A DNA stretch of 64,000 bases from Chrysemys picta bellii (taxonomy: Eukaryota). The translations under genes and the position numbers were made by a program. Positions 1 through 12,922 of the stretch are shown here, piece by piece. The notes under the pieces were generated by a model that saw only the letters and a list, made by a program, of their open reading frames with translations, was not told the DNA's origin and made no database searches. Numbering within the stretch: the stretch's first letter is position 1; the number at the start of each line of letters is the position of its first letter. The DNA is taken from NCBI RefSeq assembly GCF_011386835.1, contig NC_088801.1:24490001-24554000 (forward strand), given 5' to 3'.

Positions 1-719
1 GTCTTTCTCACCAACCACAAAATCCCGAACTACTTGACGGTACATAGCTTATCTAAAGACACAACCAGGCCCTTTGAATGTCATTAATACAAAAAAAGGA
101 AGACACACACATCCATGAAGAAAACTAAGTATGGCTGAAAGCAACAGCACATTGACAACAACACAGGGAGAGCAGCATCAAAAGATGATGTACAATTAGA
201 AAGAGTCAAATTTCACTGCTTTATCTCTGATGTGTGTTAGAGGCTTTCATTTTCAGCTCCATTTTCTTTTTGATATCCCAAAAATTTTTCATATCACAGA
301 ATATATATATACACAGAGACCAGCCTTCCATAATTAATCTGAAACTTCCAGTGTTGAACAGACTATAGTCCTGTCCCAAGAAGTGTGTTGTTTTGTTATT
401 ATTATCATTATTATTTGGATTTCAGAAGCCTTCAAGGTCACAGTTAAGGTCAGGATCTCATTGTACAACCATACAAGCATGCAAAAGGCCAGGTTCCCAA
501 CACAAAAAATTACAATCTAATTAGAAAAAAAAAAGATGCAAGAAGTGAGTGACAATCAACAGGATGGAAAAGGAGGAGGAGGGTAATGATGTGCACAGAT
601 CATGCAGTTCCACAGGCTAACTGTCTGTGACACTTGATAGTTCTGAAATATTTTAAAGCCTTTTCAATAAATAAATTAATAACATCCGCTAACCCAAATA
701 CCCCACATACTAACCATAA

Positions 720-1330
720 TTTAATCAGCTGATTTCTTGTAGGCTTCACAGAAGAAATGAACCTTAAGGAAAGATGGGGAAAAGAAGTCTAGAAGCCAGC
801 AAGAAGATAGATATGGGAGAGGTAGATTCTGTACATTCAAGGCTGATATTACTGAAGGAACAAAAGATGACCAATAAGAGACACTAAAAGGTAAACAGAG
901 AGGGGCAACCCAGTGTGTAAAGCCGGAAGAGGAGGCTGCCAAGGTCACAGATCTGTGGGACTCCCATGGAGTGTGGGAAAGAGGAGAAGGACCCAATAAA
1001 AGAGATGCTAAAGGAATAGCCAAAGAAGTTGGAGGAAACTAAGAAGACAACCTCATGAAAATTAGTAAAAACTGGATTTTGAGAAGGAAAGTATGATCAA
1101 CAGTCTCAATAGCAACTAAGGTGAGTAGGATAAGAATGGAGTAGAATTATTTTGTACAAATAATTCTGGGAATAAGGTATTTTCTGCTTAGAGCTATTGA
1201 TATGAGACTATCTAGGAGGACTCCTGAAGGATGGTAGGGAGTTTTGTGACTGTATCCTGAACATTCCCTCAGAGATTATAGAAAGGCAGAAACATACAAA
1301 CTCTGTCAGAGAAAAATGATGATGGGGAAA
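720..1330 (-). mobile_element. Ancient L2-clade LINE RT remnant
   Basis: Reverse complement of ~1082-1146 translates YSILILLTLVAIETVDHTFLL, resembling L2 RT 'SILILLDLSAAFDTVDH.LLL'. ~960-1025 resembles the [13 protein letters not shown] region. Ends are approximate. Confidence 0.6.
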
Positions 1331-1520
1331 TCTGAGGCTCCCTGCATTTCTAACAGCCATTTTCATAGGCATCTCTAATATCGTGGGCTGTTAATGAGCC
1401 AAGGCCTGATTAAAAGCCTGCATAAAATGGCTTTGCATGTGTGAAAATGGTGATGATGAAGATGCTTGGAATCCAAAGAGACGAGGGCCATATAAATATT
1501 GACCATTGTTTGCAGTGTTG

Positions 1521-1601
1521 TTGTAGCTGTGTTGGTCCCAAGATATTAGGAAGGCAAGGTGGGTGAGATAATAGCTTTTAGTCGACCAACTTCTTTCAGT
1601 T
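1521..1601 (-). mobile_element. Penelope-like element terminal-repeat fragment
   Basis: tgtagctgtgttggtcccaagatattagg..ggtgggtgagataat..tttt..gaccaacttct is close to the reverse complement of the 3' end of the Penelope copy at ~11870-11913. Confidence 0.6.
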
Positions 1602-1664
1602 AGGTGGTATCCTGGAATGTGACACATAAATGTTTTTTTCATTGTCCGATAAATGAATTTCTTG

Positions 1665-3148
1665 TAGCATGAGGACATCAATATGCATTACAGAAAGGTT
1701 GCTAATGCTCATCTGTCCCTCTGATCATTACTCTATGCTGCTCATCTACATGGGCCAGGTCTGACCCTGAGCAGATGTACAAGGCTCTGGGAGTTAGGGT
1801 GAAGGAGTCAGGGGCACAGGTTGTGTTCTCTCTCGGCCATCCTCCTGGTTGAGGGTAAGGGACCAGGCAGGGGCATGCACATCCTGGAGATGAATGCATG
1901 GCTGCACAGAGGGTGTCAATGGGAGGGCTTTGGCTTCTTCAAACATGGGATGCTGTTCCAGGCAGAAGGTTTGCTGGGAAGAGATGGGGTTCACCTGACC
2001 AAGAGGTGGAAGAGCATCTTCCCACACCAAGTCAGAGCTGGTAGCAATTATCTCTGAACTCCAGGAGGATGGGAGAAGCCCCGAAGACTGGCGAAGGGCA
2101 AACATAGTACTTATCTTTAAAAAGGGGAACAAGAAGGACCTGGGGAATTATAGACCAGTCAGCCTAATTTCAATACTTGGAAAGATACTGGAGCAAATTA
2201 TTAAACAATCAATGTGTAAGCACTTGGAGGAAAATAGAGTTATAAGGAATAGTCACCATGGATTTCTCAAGTACAAATCATGCCAAACCAAATTAATTTC
2301 CTTCTTTGACAGGGTTATTGACCTAGTGAATGGGGGGAAGCTGTAGATAGGTCTGGATTTTAGTAAGGCTTTTGACACAGTTCCACATGACATTCTAGGG
2401 GACTGTCGTCTGAATTCAATAAGATGAAATTAAATGCATAACTGCAAAATGGGGAATAACTGTCTAGGTGATAGTACCACTGAAAAGGATGTGGGGATTA
2501 TAGTGGACCACAAACTGAATATCAGGGGTCAATGTGATGCAGATACAAAAAAGGCTTATATGACTTTGGGATGTATTAACAGGAGTGTTGTGTGTAAAAC
2601 ACAGGAGGTAATTGTCCTGCTCTACTCGGCACTGTTCAGGCCCCAGCTGGTGTACTGTGTCCAATTCTGGGTGCCACAATTTAGGAAAGATGTGGAAAAA
2701 TTGGAAAGAGTCCAGAGGACAGTAACAAAAATGATAAAAGGTTTAGAAAACCTAGGAAACGTTAAAAAAATTGGTCATGTTTAATCTTGAGAAAAGAAGA
2801 CTGAAGAGGGACCTGAATACAGTATTCCAATATGTTAAGGGCTATTATAAAGAGGACAATGATCAATTATTCTCCATGTTCACCGCAGGTAGGAGAAATA
2901 ATATGCTTAATCTGCAGCAAAGGAGATTTAGATTAGATATTAGGAAAAGCTTTCTAATTATAAAAGTAGTTAAATTCTGGAACAGGCTTCCAATGATGAT
3001 TGTAGAGTTCCCATCATTGGAAGTTTTAAAACAAGTTGGACAAACACCTGTCAGGGATGGTCTTGGTTTACTTGTTCTTGCCACAGTGCAGGGGGCTGGA
3101 CTCTATGACTTCTCAAGGTCCCTTCCAGCCCTACATTTCTATGATTCT
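1665..3148 (+). mobile_element. CR1 LINE, internally deleted (ORF1 esterase fused to RT, 3' end intact)
   Basis: ORF1 SGNH-like peptide (ILLVEGKGPGR..EMNAWL..EGFGF..GRDGVHLT), RT peptides (ANIVLIFKKG..NYRPVSL..DFSKAFDTVPHDIL), C-terminal ORF2 peptides (ORFs 2434-2784 and 2771-3214), and the CR1 3' tail ccttccagccctacatttctatgattct. Confidence 0.92.
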
Positions 3149-3974
3149 GTTTGTATAATAGTTTATTCGTGTAATTTGCATTTTACTGGAGAGAGGCTTT
3201 CTATGTTGAGATGACATAGATGTAGATATGAACCTATATTTCTCTTACTATGTTCACCCCCGAAAAGGGCCATTTCACTTGAAATCATTGCTTGAGTTCA
3301 TTTTTAGATCACGAGGCCATTGATCAGTGTTCAGTTGTCAAACTGATGGCATTGATTTTGCCAAAGCACTTCACAGGGAGGGTTATATGAAAGTTGACAT
3401 CTTCCTCCCTTTAGGTGATAAATATTTTCAGTAAACTACAACTCCCAGAATGCCCAGTGAAACAACCAATCTTAGTAGATCATAAATTGGCTGAAGTTAT
3501 TTTTCTGGCTGGACTTAAGAGAAAGTAAATAAGTGTTTGATAGTATGCAACAAACCTCAAAAAATGAGAAATGTGTGTGTGCAGTTTCATTAGGATTTAC
3601 ATTCTTTAATGTGAGATAGACTTAATCTATTTTTAACCAAAGGATCTCATTAAACTAAGAAGATTGCCTGGTTTACAACACTTAGTTGTTTCAAGCAATG
3701 GTGCTGGATGATACTCTTTATAAATAATAGGGAATAAATTTAAACAAGCTAAAATATGCTTAATGTAAAAAAACTGTAGTTCAAGAAAAATATGTTGGTG
3801 TGGATTGCATATTTTACATGCAATTTATGCTGCAGTTTCTCTTCATTAACCACATCTCACAGATTTTTTTTCAAAGCAGCAACATGAATATTATTAACAT
3901 GTGTTAAAATGTGTTTAAAATAATGTATAAAGCTTTGTGATTAAAGCAAAAGTTTAGGTATAACCTATTGCGAA

Positions 3975-4085
3975 TAAGTGTGTGTGTGTTGTAGGTACTA
4001 GTATGTGTGTGTTTGTGTATATAAATATAAAAAATACCAGGACATATACATGTACGTACACGTGCGCACACACACACACACACAT
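3975..4085. repeat. (TG)n/(CA)n low-complexity microsatellite cluster
   Basis: gtgtgtgtgtgt, gtgtgtgtttgtgtatatata and gcacacacacacacacac runs. Confidence 0.7.
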
Positions 4086-4718
4086 TACCTTAGAATTTGT
4101 TTTTTAATTAAACTGAACTAGACCTTAACAAGAACAGCCAATTCATAATTCTCTAATTCCATTATATGGATTCCTACTAGTGAAAGCAGATTAATCCATT
4201 TTGAAATGCAAAATACAACCTGTAGAAATTGCTGCCACCCCCTTTTTATTTATTGATATCTTTGCAAAGGGTTTCCTTCTCCCAAAGCAACAGAGGAGAG
4301 ACCTTGAAGCCACTAATATTCTCCAATGCAGCCATTTTCAACAACTGCTTCAGGTATCTTGATATTTATAATAGAAGGTCCTCAGTGTGCCTGATACAGA
4401 ATCTGGCAATTACTAGAATTAAAAACTTATTTAATACAATTGTGTGCATGCCGTTCCAATAATATCTCCAGCTTAGCACATCTGTTGAGAGACAACTTTT
4501 TTTAAACAAAATACCTACACTACCAAGATGATATAGACAAAAGGCTGAACAACTACATGATTAGGCTTAAATGTAATGTTTGTATTTCAAATACCACCTT
4601 TAAACATTTGAGGGGTGGGCATTTCAAAAGTGCTCAGCATTAGCTTCATTTTGTTCCTGCTGATGTCAATAAGAGCAGAATGAGGCCAACACAGATCCTT
4701 CCCTAGATATCTGATGAC

Positions 4719-5256
4719 TAGAGCTGATTGAAAATTTTCTATTGAAATGGTTTTTCAACAGAAAATTGCGGGTTTGACACAAACACATTTTTCATTACAA
4801 GTGTCAGCTTTCTGTGGAGATTCTTTATTTTTCATTGAAAGACTGAAAAGTGTCCGATTTCAGCAAAAAGCTAAAATATTTTGGCAGAAAACTGAAATAT
4901 TTTTATTCTGAATGCTGCTTCAGTGCTTAATAGCAGTTTTCATTTGGGTTCCTAAGGCTTCCATTCTCATTTATGGATTAGAGTCACCAGCCAGAGGTAA
5001 TATCCCATTATGCACTGCAGCCATATGCCTACTTTGATGCACTGCTTCCTCTCACCAAAGAAGGACACCATGGGGCATCGCGGTAGATATAATGCAATCA
5101 GGGAGAACAGCACTCATTCTACAACTGCCATGTGGAACCACAGCAGCATTTCAGGATAAAAATATTTCAATTTCTGGGCAAAATCTTTTGGATTTCGATT
5201 TTTGGCTTAAAATGTGAAACCTTCTGCAGTGGAAAAAAATGTTTTGATCAGCTCTA
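4719..5256. mobile_element. Non-autonomous hAT-like DNA transposon (MITE)
   Basis: TIRs tagagctgattgaaaa / gttttgatcagctcta. Flanking 8-mers ctgatgac / ataatgac match 6 of 8, consistent with a decayed 8-bp TSD. Confidence 0.65.
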
Positions 5257-5976
5257 ATAATGACATAGAACCCTGAGTATGAGCTCCATGCATTTGGGAG
5301 TAGTCTGGTTGTATCTCTGGGATAATATAATATTTATTTATTACCATAAAGCACTGTACCTAGAGACTGATGGCAACATGTCACCATTAGTCAATAAGGT
5401 GCCTGGAATTAGTATAATGCTATCAGTCCAGTCTTCTTCTTTACAAGTCTATCCTCCTCAGAATGCCATCCTTACAAAAATCCTACAGTATCCTATGATA
5501 GCCCAAACACTGAATTATGACCATTTTAGGCTGTATGTTTTTACAGCCATTACAATCGAGTATTGAGTGTTTTTCAAAAATAAGGGAGGCATTGCAAAGT
5601 GTCCTCAAAGTTAGATCTGTAACACTTGACTTTTTTATTTTCCTGTCTTAGTGGAGCATCTCTATTATTCTTGCCATTTTCACATGGTTCAATCCTTTCT
5701 TCACTGGAATGAAAAGCATTTGCAAATGTATGAAGGAGTTCAAGGTTACCACTCACCCTTAGGACAGGAACCAACTGCTGATGCTAAATGGACCATCAGT
5801 GTTCAGCAAATAAGCACTCTGAGATTGCTTCCAAATCTAGGTAGTTCTCCATGTGATAACATCAATAACAGAATTTCAGAAGCTTCTTTTTTTGCAAATA
5901 CTTTCCTTACTGGTCTTCCCCTTATTGATAAGACATAATTTGAGAGATAAATAAACTTAAACATACTTATTAGAAT

Positions 5977-6173
5977 TAGAGATCGGCCCAAACTGGAACA
6001 ACAGAACTGAACCCCTCCAAATTGGGGAATTTCAGGTCAGGATTGGAATTTTGTGATTCAAACCTATAATAAATTATCTCAGAATACCAAATCAGAGTAT
6101 GCCCAGACTAAGGAGAAGTTCAGATCTGGATCAGATTCTGGATCCAAACTTTGTGACTCAGAGCTCATCTGTA
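5977..6173. mobile_element. Old MITE-like element
   Basis: Imperfect termini tagagatcggccc / gagctcatctgta. No TSD is recognisable. Confidence 0.4.
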
Positions 6174-6459
6174 CACGGGGCACCAATTTATGATATATCC
6201 ATAATCAGATGAGCCTCCTTGTCTATTGAAAAAGACATGTTTCAATGTGGCAATACTAAATTAGACTTGAAGCAGTGAAGTGCAGCTCACTGCCACGTTG
6301 TGAAACACTCTCCACTACCACTCATCACTAGTTTACTAAGTTGATTCTTCTAAATTGATAAATTGCATCATAGAAAGATAACACTGTTGTAAATTAGAAC
6401 ATAGTACATGAATGATAGTCCACTGGTTTGTGTGTATTCTTGAATTTCTATAGAGATTT

Positions 6460-6532
6460 AGAGCCTGATCCAAATCCCATTGAATTTAATGCAAGGAGTC
6501 CTACTGATGTCCATAGGTATTGGTTCAAGCAC
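6460..6532. repeat. Short palindromic (hairpin) element, decayed
   Basis: gagcctgatccaaatcccattgaatttaatg...ttggttcaagc. Same architecture as the other hairpin copies in the window. Confidence 0.5.
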
Positions 6533-7726
6533 TTAGTATTGCTGATGGATTTACAGTGACAAAACCGAAGGTCACCAGAGTCTGGAGAATTGGTGGAAAT
6601 ATACTGTCTTCCCATCTGTTGCTATATCACTTGACCCTCCCTGGTGATTAAATCTGAGTTTTGGTGGGAAGAGTGGGTTGTTTAAAATAAAATCCTTCTG
6701 GGGGTGCCATTCATTGCATAGTTTCATCATTAAATATGACTATCAAAATGGGAACGAAAAGACGTTTGTTGTAGAACAAAAGCGTTCATTAGTACCAGCT
6801 TGGACATGTGACAAATACTTTGGACATGTGACAAATCTTTTAATGTTAAGATGTCAATGCAATGCGATGGAATTACCTACCGCATGAAGTAATCCACTGT
6901 AATTTTGCATATTTCCTTTTGATCTTTTATTTGAAATAAAGAATTCCAAGCCATCTTTTTAATGTATAAAGATATCCTCATTCATAAGCCAAAGATGTAA
7001 CTAATATATAAACTTCACATAATATTGTAAGTACAGTTGACCTACTCTATACTCTTCTATCTTGCTAAATAATATACAATCTACTCAAATGCCTTTGTGT
7101 CTGTTCTGCAGTGTTATTTATATAGCTGTACATTTCTGCCCTTTAGACTGGGATACGTTAATCAATCAAAAGATAGCAACTAAAAATAGTTACTACTTCT
7201 CTCATTTAATAGCCAGCATTCATGTCTTTGAGGTCTATATACAACCCCAAATTCTAGCACTGAAAGTCAAGGCAGTCTTTCCCCAGGGAAAAGCTAACTT
7301 CATTTATAAAACATATTTGATTTCCTTTTTCTAATCTCTCTACAGCCTTTTTACACTGCTGCGTGCTTTAATTTTGCTTTCAGTCAGAAGTTTAAAAACT
7401 TTAGCTTCTAATAACTGGAAAAAAATGGTTATTTAAAGATAACTGCAACTTGCTTAACATGCCAGACTATCATATGCTCACTGCTTTGAAGCTGCAAATT
7501 AATGACGAGCAGGAACAGTGACTATCTTTCAGAGGAAACTGACCTCTTTCTAATGGCTCATCGCTAATGTCATCTGTCTGCTGCATCTCATTATGTGAAT
7601 TTCACGGAGTAAAAAAAGTATCTTAAGGCTGTGCACAAATAAAAAGGACCTTCTAGTATTGAGCACTTTGAAAAATTTTAATCTCTCAAAATACCTTCCT
7701 TAGATACTGGTTTCCCCTTTTGTGCA

Positions 7727-8081
7727 NNNNNNNNNNNNNNNNNNNNNNNNNNNNNNNNNNNNNNNNNNNNNNNNNNNNNNNNNNNNNNNNNNNNNNNNNN
7801 NNNNNNNNNNNNNNNNNNNNNNNNNNNNNNNNNNNNNNNNNNNNNNNNNNNNNNNNNNNNNNNNNNNNNNNNNNNNNNNNNNNNNNNNNNNNNNNNNNNN
7901 NNNNNNNNNNNNNNNNNNNNNNNNNNNNNNCATTTATTCCTACTTTATTNNNNNNNNNNNNNNNNNNNNNNNNNNNNNNNNNNNNNNNNNNNNNNNNNNN
8001 NNNNNNNNNNNNNNNNNNNNNNNNNNNNNNNNNNNNNNNNNNNNNNNNNNNNNNNNNNNNNNNNNNNNNNNNNNNNNNNNN
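7727..8081. other. Two N-runs (7727-7930, 204 nt; 7950-8081, 132 nt) separated by a 19-nt island
   Basis: Read directly from the sequence. Confidence 0.99.
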
Positions 8082-8371
8082 TGTCTCCCAATTACTTAAC
8101 CTGCTGAGTTCAGAGTTGGAGAGTAAACAGGATTCATATCAATCAAAGAAGTTGATTTCTGCTGCTCTGTCTGAAATATTTTTATTCAATTAAGAAGCCA
8201 ATGAGAGTGAAACATTAAAAGTGTACTAAATGTCAATCAGACTATATAGACCAAATTTTTAGACACTAGCCTTTAATTTTGCATCTGTCCTTTTGTTCAG
8301 TCAATCAATTGCAGGCACAATTAATTGTGCCATGAACTATGTCTGTGGCAGATCAGACAGAGACACATCTA

Positions 8372-8514
8372 AGGGCAAGACTTATAAAGATATTGAGGCG
8401 CCTAAAGATGCAGACAGGCACAAGGTGGGACTTTGATGTCTAACTGCTAGTGCTTTTGAAAATCCCACCTATCTGCATGTTTCGGTGCCTAAATACCTTT
8501 GAAAATCTGTCTCT
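8372..8514. mobile_element. Palindromic MITE
   Basis: Left arm gggcaagacttataaagatattgaggcgcctaaagatgcagacagg is an imperfect inverted repeat of right arm cctatctgcatgtttcggtgcctaaatacctttgaaaatctgtct. Confidence 0.65.
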
Positions 8515-9951
8515 AGGTGTCCCATCGTGTACACTTACTCACACAGTAAGCAAATGGGACTAGCAACATGAATAAGAGAGTAAGGGCACCATACTCGGAG
8601 AACTGTTCTCTTGCATCCACAATTAATTGTGCCTGCAAATCTGTGTACAAAGTAGATTGAGGGCACAATATTAGAAACCTATTTAAAAATACAGGCTTTT
8701 ATGTATGTTTTTATTTCTAAGCATTTTACTGCTTTAGTAGCAACATTTTTCTTGTTGGAACACAAACAAGGCTGCTGTCTCTGTTTATCAAATGTTGTAA
8801 CATTTTAGCATCCTTTAAAGACAAGGTGGTGACTTAGCCATGAAATCAATGGACCAGCTCTCTATTTGGACTTTTTTTTATATTGTTTAATGTCTTAGCA
8901 TTGCTTACAAGTGACTTAATAATAATTATGAGTAATGACAGGTCTTAATATAGTGAAAAAGATATAGGTTTGTTACAAGAAGAAAATCTCTGGATGTAAT
9001 AAGTCAGGCTGCAAATAGCAAATTTCAGCTAGCAAGGGTCTTAGTAGTTTGAGGTCAGTTTGTTGAAGCATTAAAGATTGCTCAACCAGTCAAATTGCTT
9101 GATTAGCTGTATCCTTACTTTCTAATAGAAGGTGTCTCTTGCTGTGGAATGCGATGTGTAATAGACATTTCTACTAACAGTACCCAGGGGAATGATTGTT
9201 AGGGCTATTTCTTAAATTATAGTACTTTTTAGTTTGTTTGCTTTTAAATTCTGGAAATGCTGCTTAAGTTCAGCAGAGTTCATCTTGAATCAAAGAGAGT
9301 CTGAATCACCTTTCAGACTATAGAGCATATTCACTCATAGTCTTATAGTGTCCATCCACACTACACTCTTAGTCATTGGAAACAGTTTCAATATGGATGT
9401 CATCTGGCCTAGCTAAAATATGGATATATGTGCTATAGTTACTAAACTGTTGCCATTGGCAGTTTAACCAGGAGCTTAACCATGATCCTTGACTGGTCTA
9501 GAAGCTATAATTCCTAACACAGTTATGGTCCTGATTACTCTACAAATTGTAGCTATACATAGAAGTGTTTCTTAGACTCTGATATATTTGTAATCTGGCC
9601 CATAGACCGTCTGAGTTGATCATCATATACTTTCTAATTCCAACCTAATACTTAGTGACCTTGAAGTAGCAGTTTATATTATTATACACACACAAAATGC
9701 TGTGAAACAGTTAGGGTTACTAAAGACACAAGATACTTGATGCATGCAGTCCCAAAAAAGCAAGAAAACATCCACCCACTGGCACACATGCTGCCAATGC
9801 CAGAACTAACCTACACCGGAGACCACAATTTTAACTCTGCCCCCACCCCACTGTTGCCCATATACACATACCCCTTTACCAGATTATTCCCCCCTTAAAA
9901 AAATTCCCAAACCAAACAACAAAATACACCCTGGTATATTAATAGGAGTGG

Positions 9952-10477
9952 ATCATAGAAGGTTAGGGTTGTAAGAGACCTCAGGAGGTCATCTAGTTCA
10001 ACCTCCTGCTCAAAGCAGGACCAACCCCAACTAAATCATCTCAGCCAGGGCTTTGTCAAGCTGGACCTTAAAAACCTCTAAGGATGGAGATTCCATCACC
10101 TCCCTAGGTAACCCATTCCAGTGTTTCATCACCCTCCTAGTGAAATAATTTTTTCCTAATATCCAACCTAGAGCTCCCCCACTTGAAACTTGAGACCATT
10201 TCTCCTTGTTCTGTCATCTGCCACCACAGAGAACAGCCTAGCTCCATCTTCTTTGGAGCCCCCCTCAGGTAGTTGAAGGTGGCTATCAAATTACCCCTCA
10301 CTCTTCTTTTCTGCAGACTAAATAACCCCAGTTCCCTCAGCCTCCCCTCATAAGTCTTGTGTCCCAGGCTACTAATAATTTTTGTTGCCTCTGTTGGTCT
10401 CTTTCCAATTTGTCCACATCCTTTCTGTAGTGGCGGGCCCAAAACTGGATGCAATACTCCAGGTGTGACCTCACCAG
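9952..10477 (-). mobile_element. CR1 LINE 3' fragment (5'-truncated)
   Basis: Minus-strand peptides RSHLEYCIQFWARHYRKDVDKLER and YEGRLRELGLFSLQKRR..LDIRKK; reverse-complement CR1 tail tcatagaaggttagggttg..gacctcaggaggtcatctag. Confidence 0.93.
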
Positions 10478-10847
10478 TTTTGTGGATGTGTTGGGACAGG
10501 GTAATTTGGCCAAGCGATGTGTGTGCAAGGGCAGTTCAAGGAGCTGATGAAAAAATGCCATCCCTAGGAGAACAAAGTTAACTTTGCAGCATAAGGTCGG
10601 TGATGAGAAACACAATGGGCACCTCAGAGGAACCTTTCACAGAAGGAAGAGAGCCTTTAAAGAAGCCACCAGCCTGTTCCTTCTGTGGGTGGCTTACTCA
10701 TAGAATAGCAAGCACTGCTCCTGCCCACATACCCCTGGCATTAAGCCCAGCATCTAGCTACTCTGCTTGCAGTACAATATGATGCAATGATAGAGAGCAC
10801 ACTCGTAATATAAGACAGCAGCCTTTCTAAACAATCTACTTACATGG

Positions 10848-10947
10848 TAGGCTCGTTAGGGCAGGGACTGTCTTTTTGCTGTTTCTAGCACAATGGGCTC
10901 TTCACCGTGACTAAGGATCCTAGATCATACAAATAATAAATAATAAT
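10848..10947 (+). mobile_element. L2/MIR-type 3' tail fragment
   Basis: gggcagggactgtcttttt..ctagcacaatggg..aataataaataataat resembles the L2-type 3' end. Confidence 0.55.
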
Positions 10948-11217
10948 ACTCACCCAATTTGAAACAGAGGTGTCCTCTCAAACCATCCATCTATGAACAA
11001 CTTCTTCACTCCTGTAGCCCAGCACAGGCACAGGAATATTTGTATGAAATACTGTCCCTGAACGCTATCCAGTGCAAGAATGGCAGCAGCAAAATAAACC
11101 TGAGAAATGTTTCTTAAGTGTAAGGGGCAAGGCCAGTGTAAGTCATGTTCCTGGATTGTCTAGCAGGGAGTGTGACATCAAACACATCCTGCCCCTCACT
11201 AAAGTACAAACCTCATT

Positions 11218-11913
11218 AAGGCCTTCAAATACCCCACACCCAAACTCTCCAGATGTCATCATCAGAAGCAAGCTCCCCACAGACCAGGAAACACCACCTT
11301 AAGGAAGCACCAGAAAGACATATGCTGTTACAATGATCAGCACTTCCCACAACACATCTTTCAAGATCCATGAGTCCTACACATGTGGTGTACCTCATCC
11401 CAGTGCACTGAATGCCCCGATAACAACTATCTGGTTGAAACCAGACAATCATTACACTCTCAAATAAACTCAAACAGAAAAGTGATAAAAGACAAAAACA
11501 CCATAACACCACCTAGTAAACACTTTTTACAAAGCGTTCACTCTATATCTGACCTATCCATCCTCATCCTCAAAGGAAACCTGAACAACACCAGGGAGCT
11601 TAAATTCATAACTTTGCTAGGCATTAAAAATCATAGACTGAACAAAGACAGTGGATTTATGGTTTATCACAACAATCCGTAATCCACTAACCCTCTCGTT
11701 TTGTCCTAGGACTATAGAGGTGTCAACAGGCCACTCTACCTTGCATGGTCCCTTAAAATACGTGCTAACTACTATGCTAAATAATTTGTTCTATCCTGTG
11801 ACACTCTGAGTACCTTTCCCAGACATGAAGAAGAGCCCTGTGGCTCAAAGGCTTGTTTCTCAGAAACAACAGAAGTTGGCCCAATAAAAAATATTACCTT
11901 ACCCACCTTCTCC
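11218..11913 (+). mobile_element. Penelope-like element: decayed GIY-YIG endonuclease plus 3' terminal repeat
   Basis: IIRSKLPTDQETP, then ORF 11383-11682 (QCTECPDNNYLVETRQSLHSQINSNRKVIKDKNT..HSISDLSILILKGNL..ELKFITLL..HRLNKDSGF), typical of the PLE GIY-YIG domain. Confidence 0.85.
11821..11858 (+). ncRNA. Degenerate minimal hammerhead ribozyme in Penelope terminal repeat
   Basis: agac-atgaaga-a-gagc-cctgtg-gctc-aaag-gcttgttt: stem II gagc/gctc is intact, but the CUGAnGA and GAAA cores are mutated. Confidence 0.45.
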
Positions 11914-12401
11914 CAGCAGTTCCAGTGAATTCCTGCAGTGGGGTCAGATACACTATTTCTCCTATGTCCTTTTTGAGACCAGGTAATAGGAACAGATCAA
12001 TGTGTCAGATTCACAACCCTGGTGAAAGGGTTGTAATTTGCACCTTCTGCACTGGTGAAGATGTACCATAGTATTATATAAAGGGGATTATAATATTTCC
12101 TTATTAATTTCTACTTTCAGAGTCTTGCCCTTTTTTAATTTTTATTTACTTATTTATTTATTATGGGTTCTGTGGATGGGAGGGAAAAACAGAGCAGGAA
12201 GTACAGCTTTACATATAGACGTGAAGAAATCATGTCTGCCTAAAAAGACTTAATTTGCTCAGTGTTTAAGTTTAGTTGCAATTTGGATTTCTGTGTCTCC
12301 GTATATCAACACAACAAACATTGACATATTTAATAGGGCTAGTCATTAGAGTCATGAGAGCTTAGGGAAAAAAATCATGAGGAATCTTAGTGTTATAACA
12401 G

Positions 12402-12424
12402 TAATAATAATAATAATAATAATA
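12402..12424. repeat. (AAT)n microsatellite
   Basis: taataataataataataataata. Confidence 0.85.
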
Positions 12425-12871
12425 CTAAAACCTCTCCATGTCCACTAGCCCAGGGCTAGCATAATTAAAATCAATGTAGAATCTGCAAGAATTAAAAAAT
12501 ATATTTAAATATATGTTATTTTTATCCCTGTATTCCTGACTTCCAAAGTTCTCACACTCTCTGCTTGATTTCACACTCAAATAAACCAACAGGATTGTGT
12601 TTGCTTTTTACCCCATGCCTAATTGGGACAAATACAAACTTTTCTAGGCAAACCCAGAAAATAAATTGTTACCCAGAATATGAATCTCTAATGAACATTT
12701 TGCTTTAGTTCTGGTAGTTGAATATATTTATATTGTGCAGTTTAAAATGCCAATACTAATTGGACAAGAGTTTTTGCTCAAATAATTTAAATGATAAATT
12801 GTAAGAGGGAGAAGGGGTAATATAAATAAAATGATAGGACGGTTTCTCTGTCTTCCTTTTTCTTTTTTTAG

Positions 12872-12922
12872 AAAACAGCTCCAATGAACTGCCTATGGCA
12901 AAAAATCAAGTATCACTATAAC
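12872..12922 (+). CDS. Candidate 51-nt exon (KTAPMNCLWQKIKYHYN), unverified
   Basis: Long pyrimidine tract ctctgtcttcctttttctttttttag, open in phase 0, followed by a gttagt donor-like site. No homology recognised. Confidence 0.2.

Noticed and set aside
7700-8193. ORFs spanning N-runs (also 12978-13638, 18506-19021 and 59849-60146)
   Set aside because: Open only because N codons cannot be stops.
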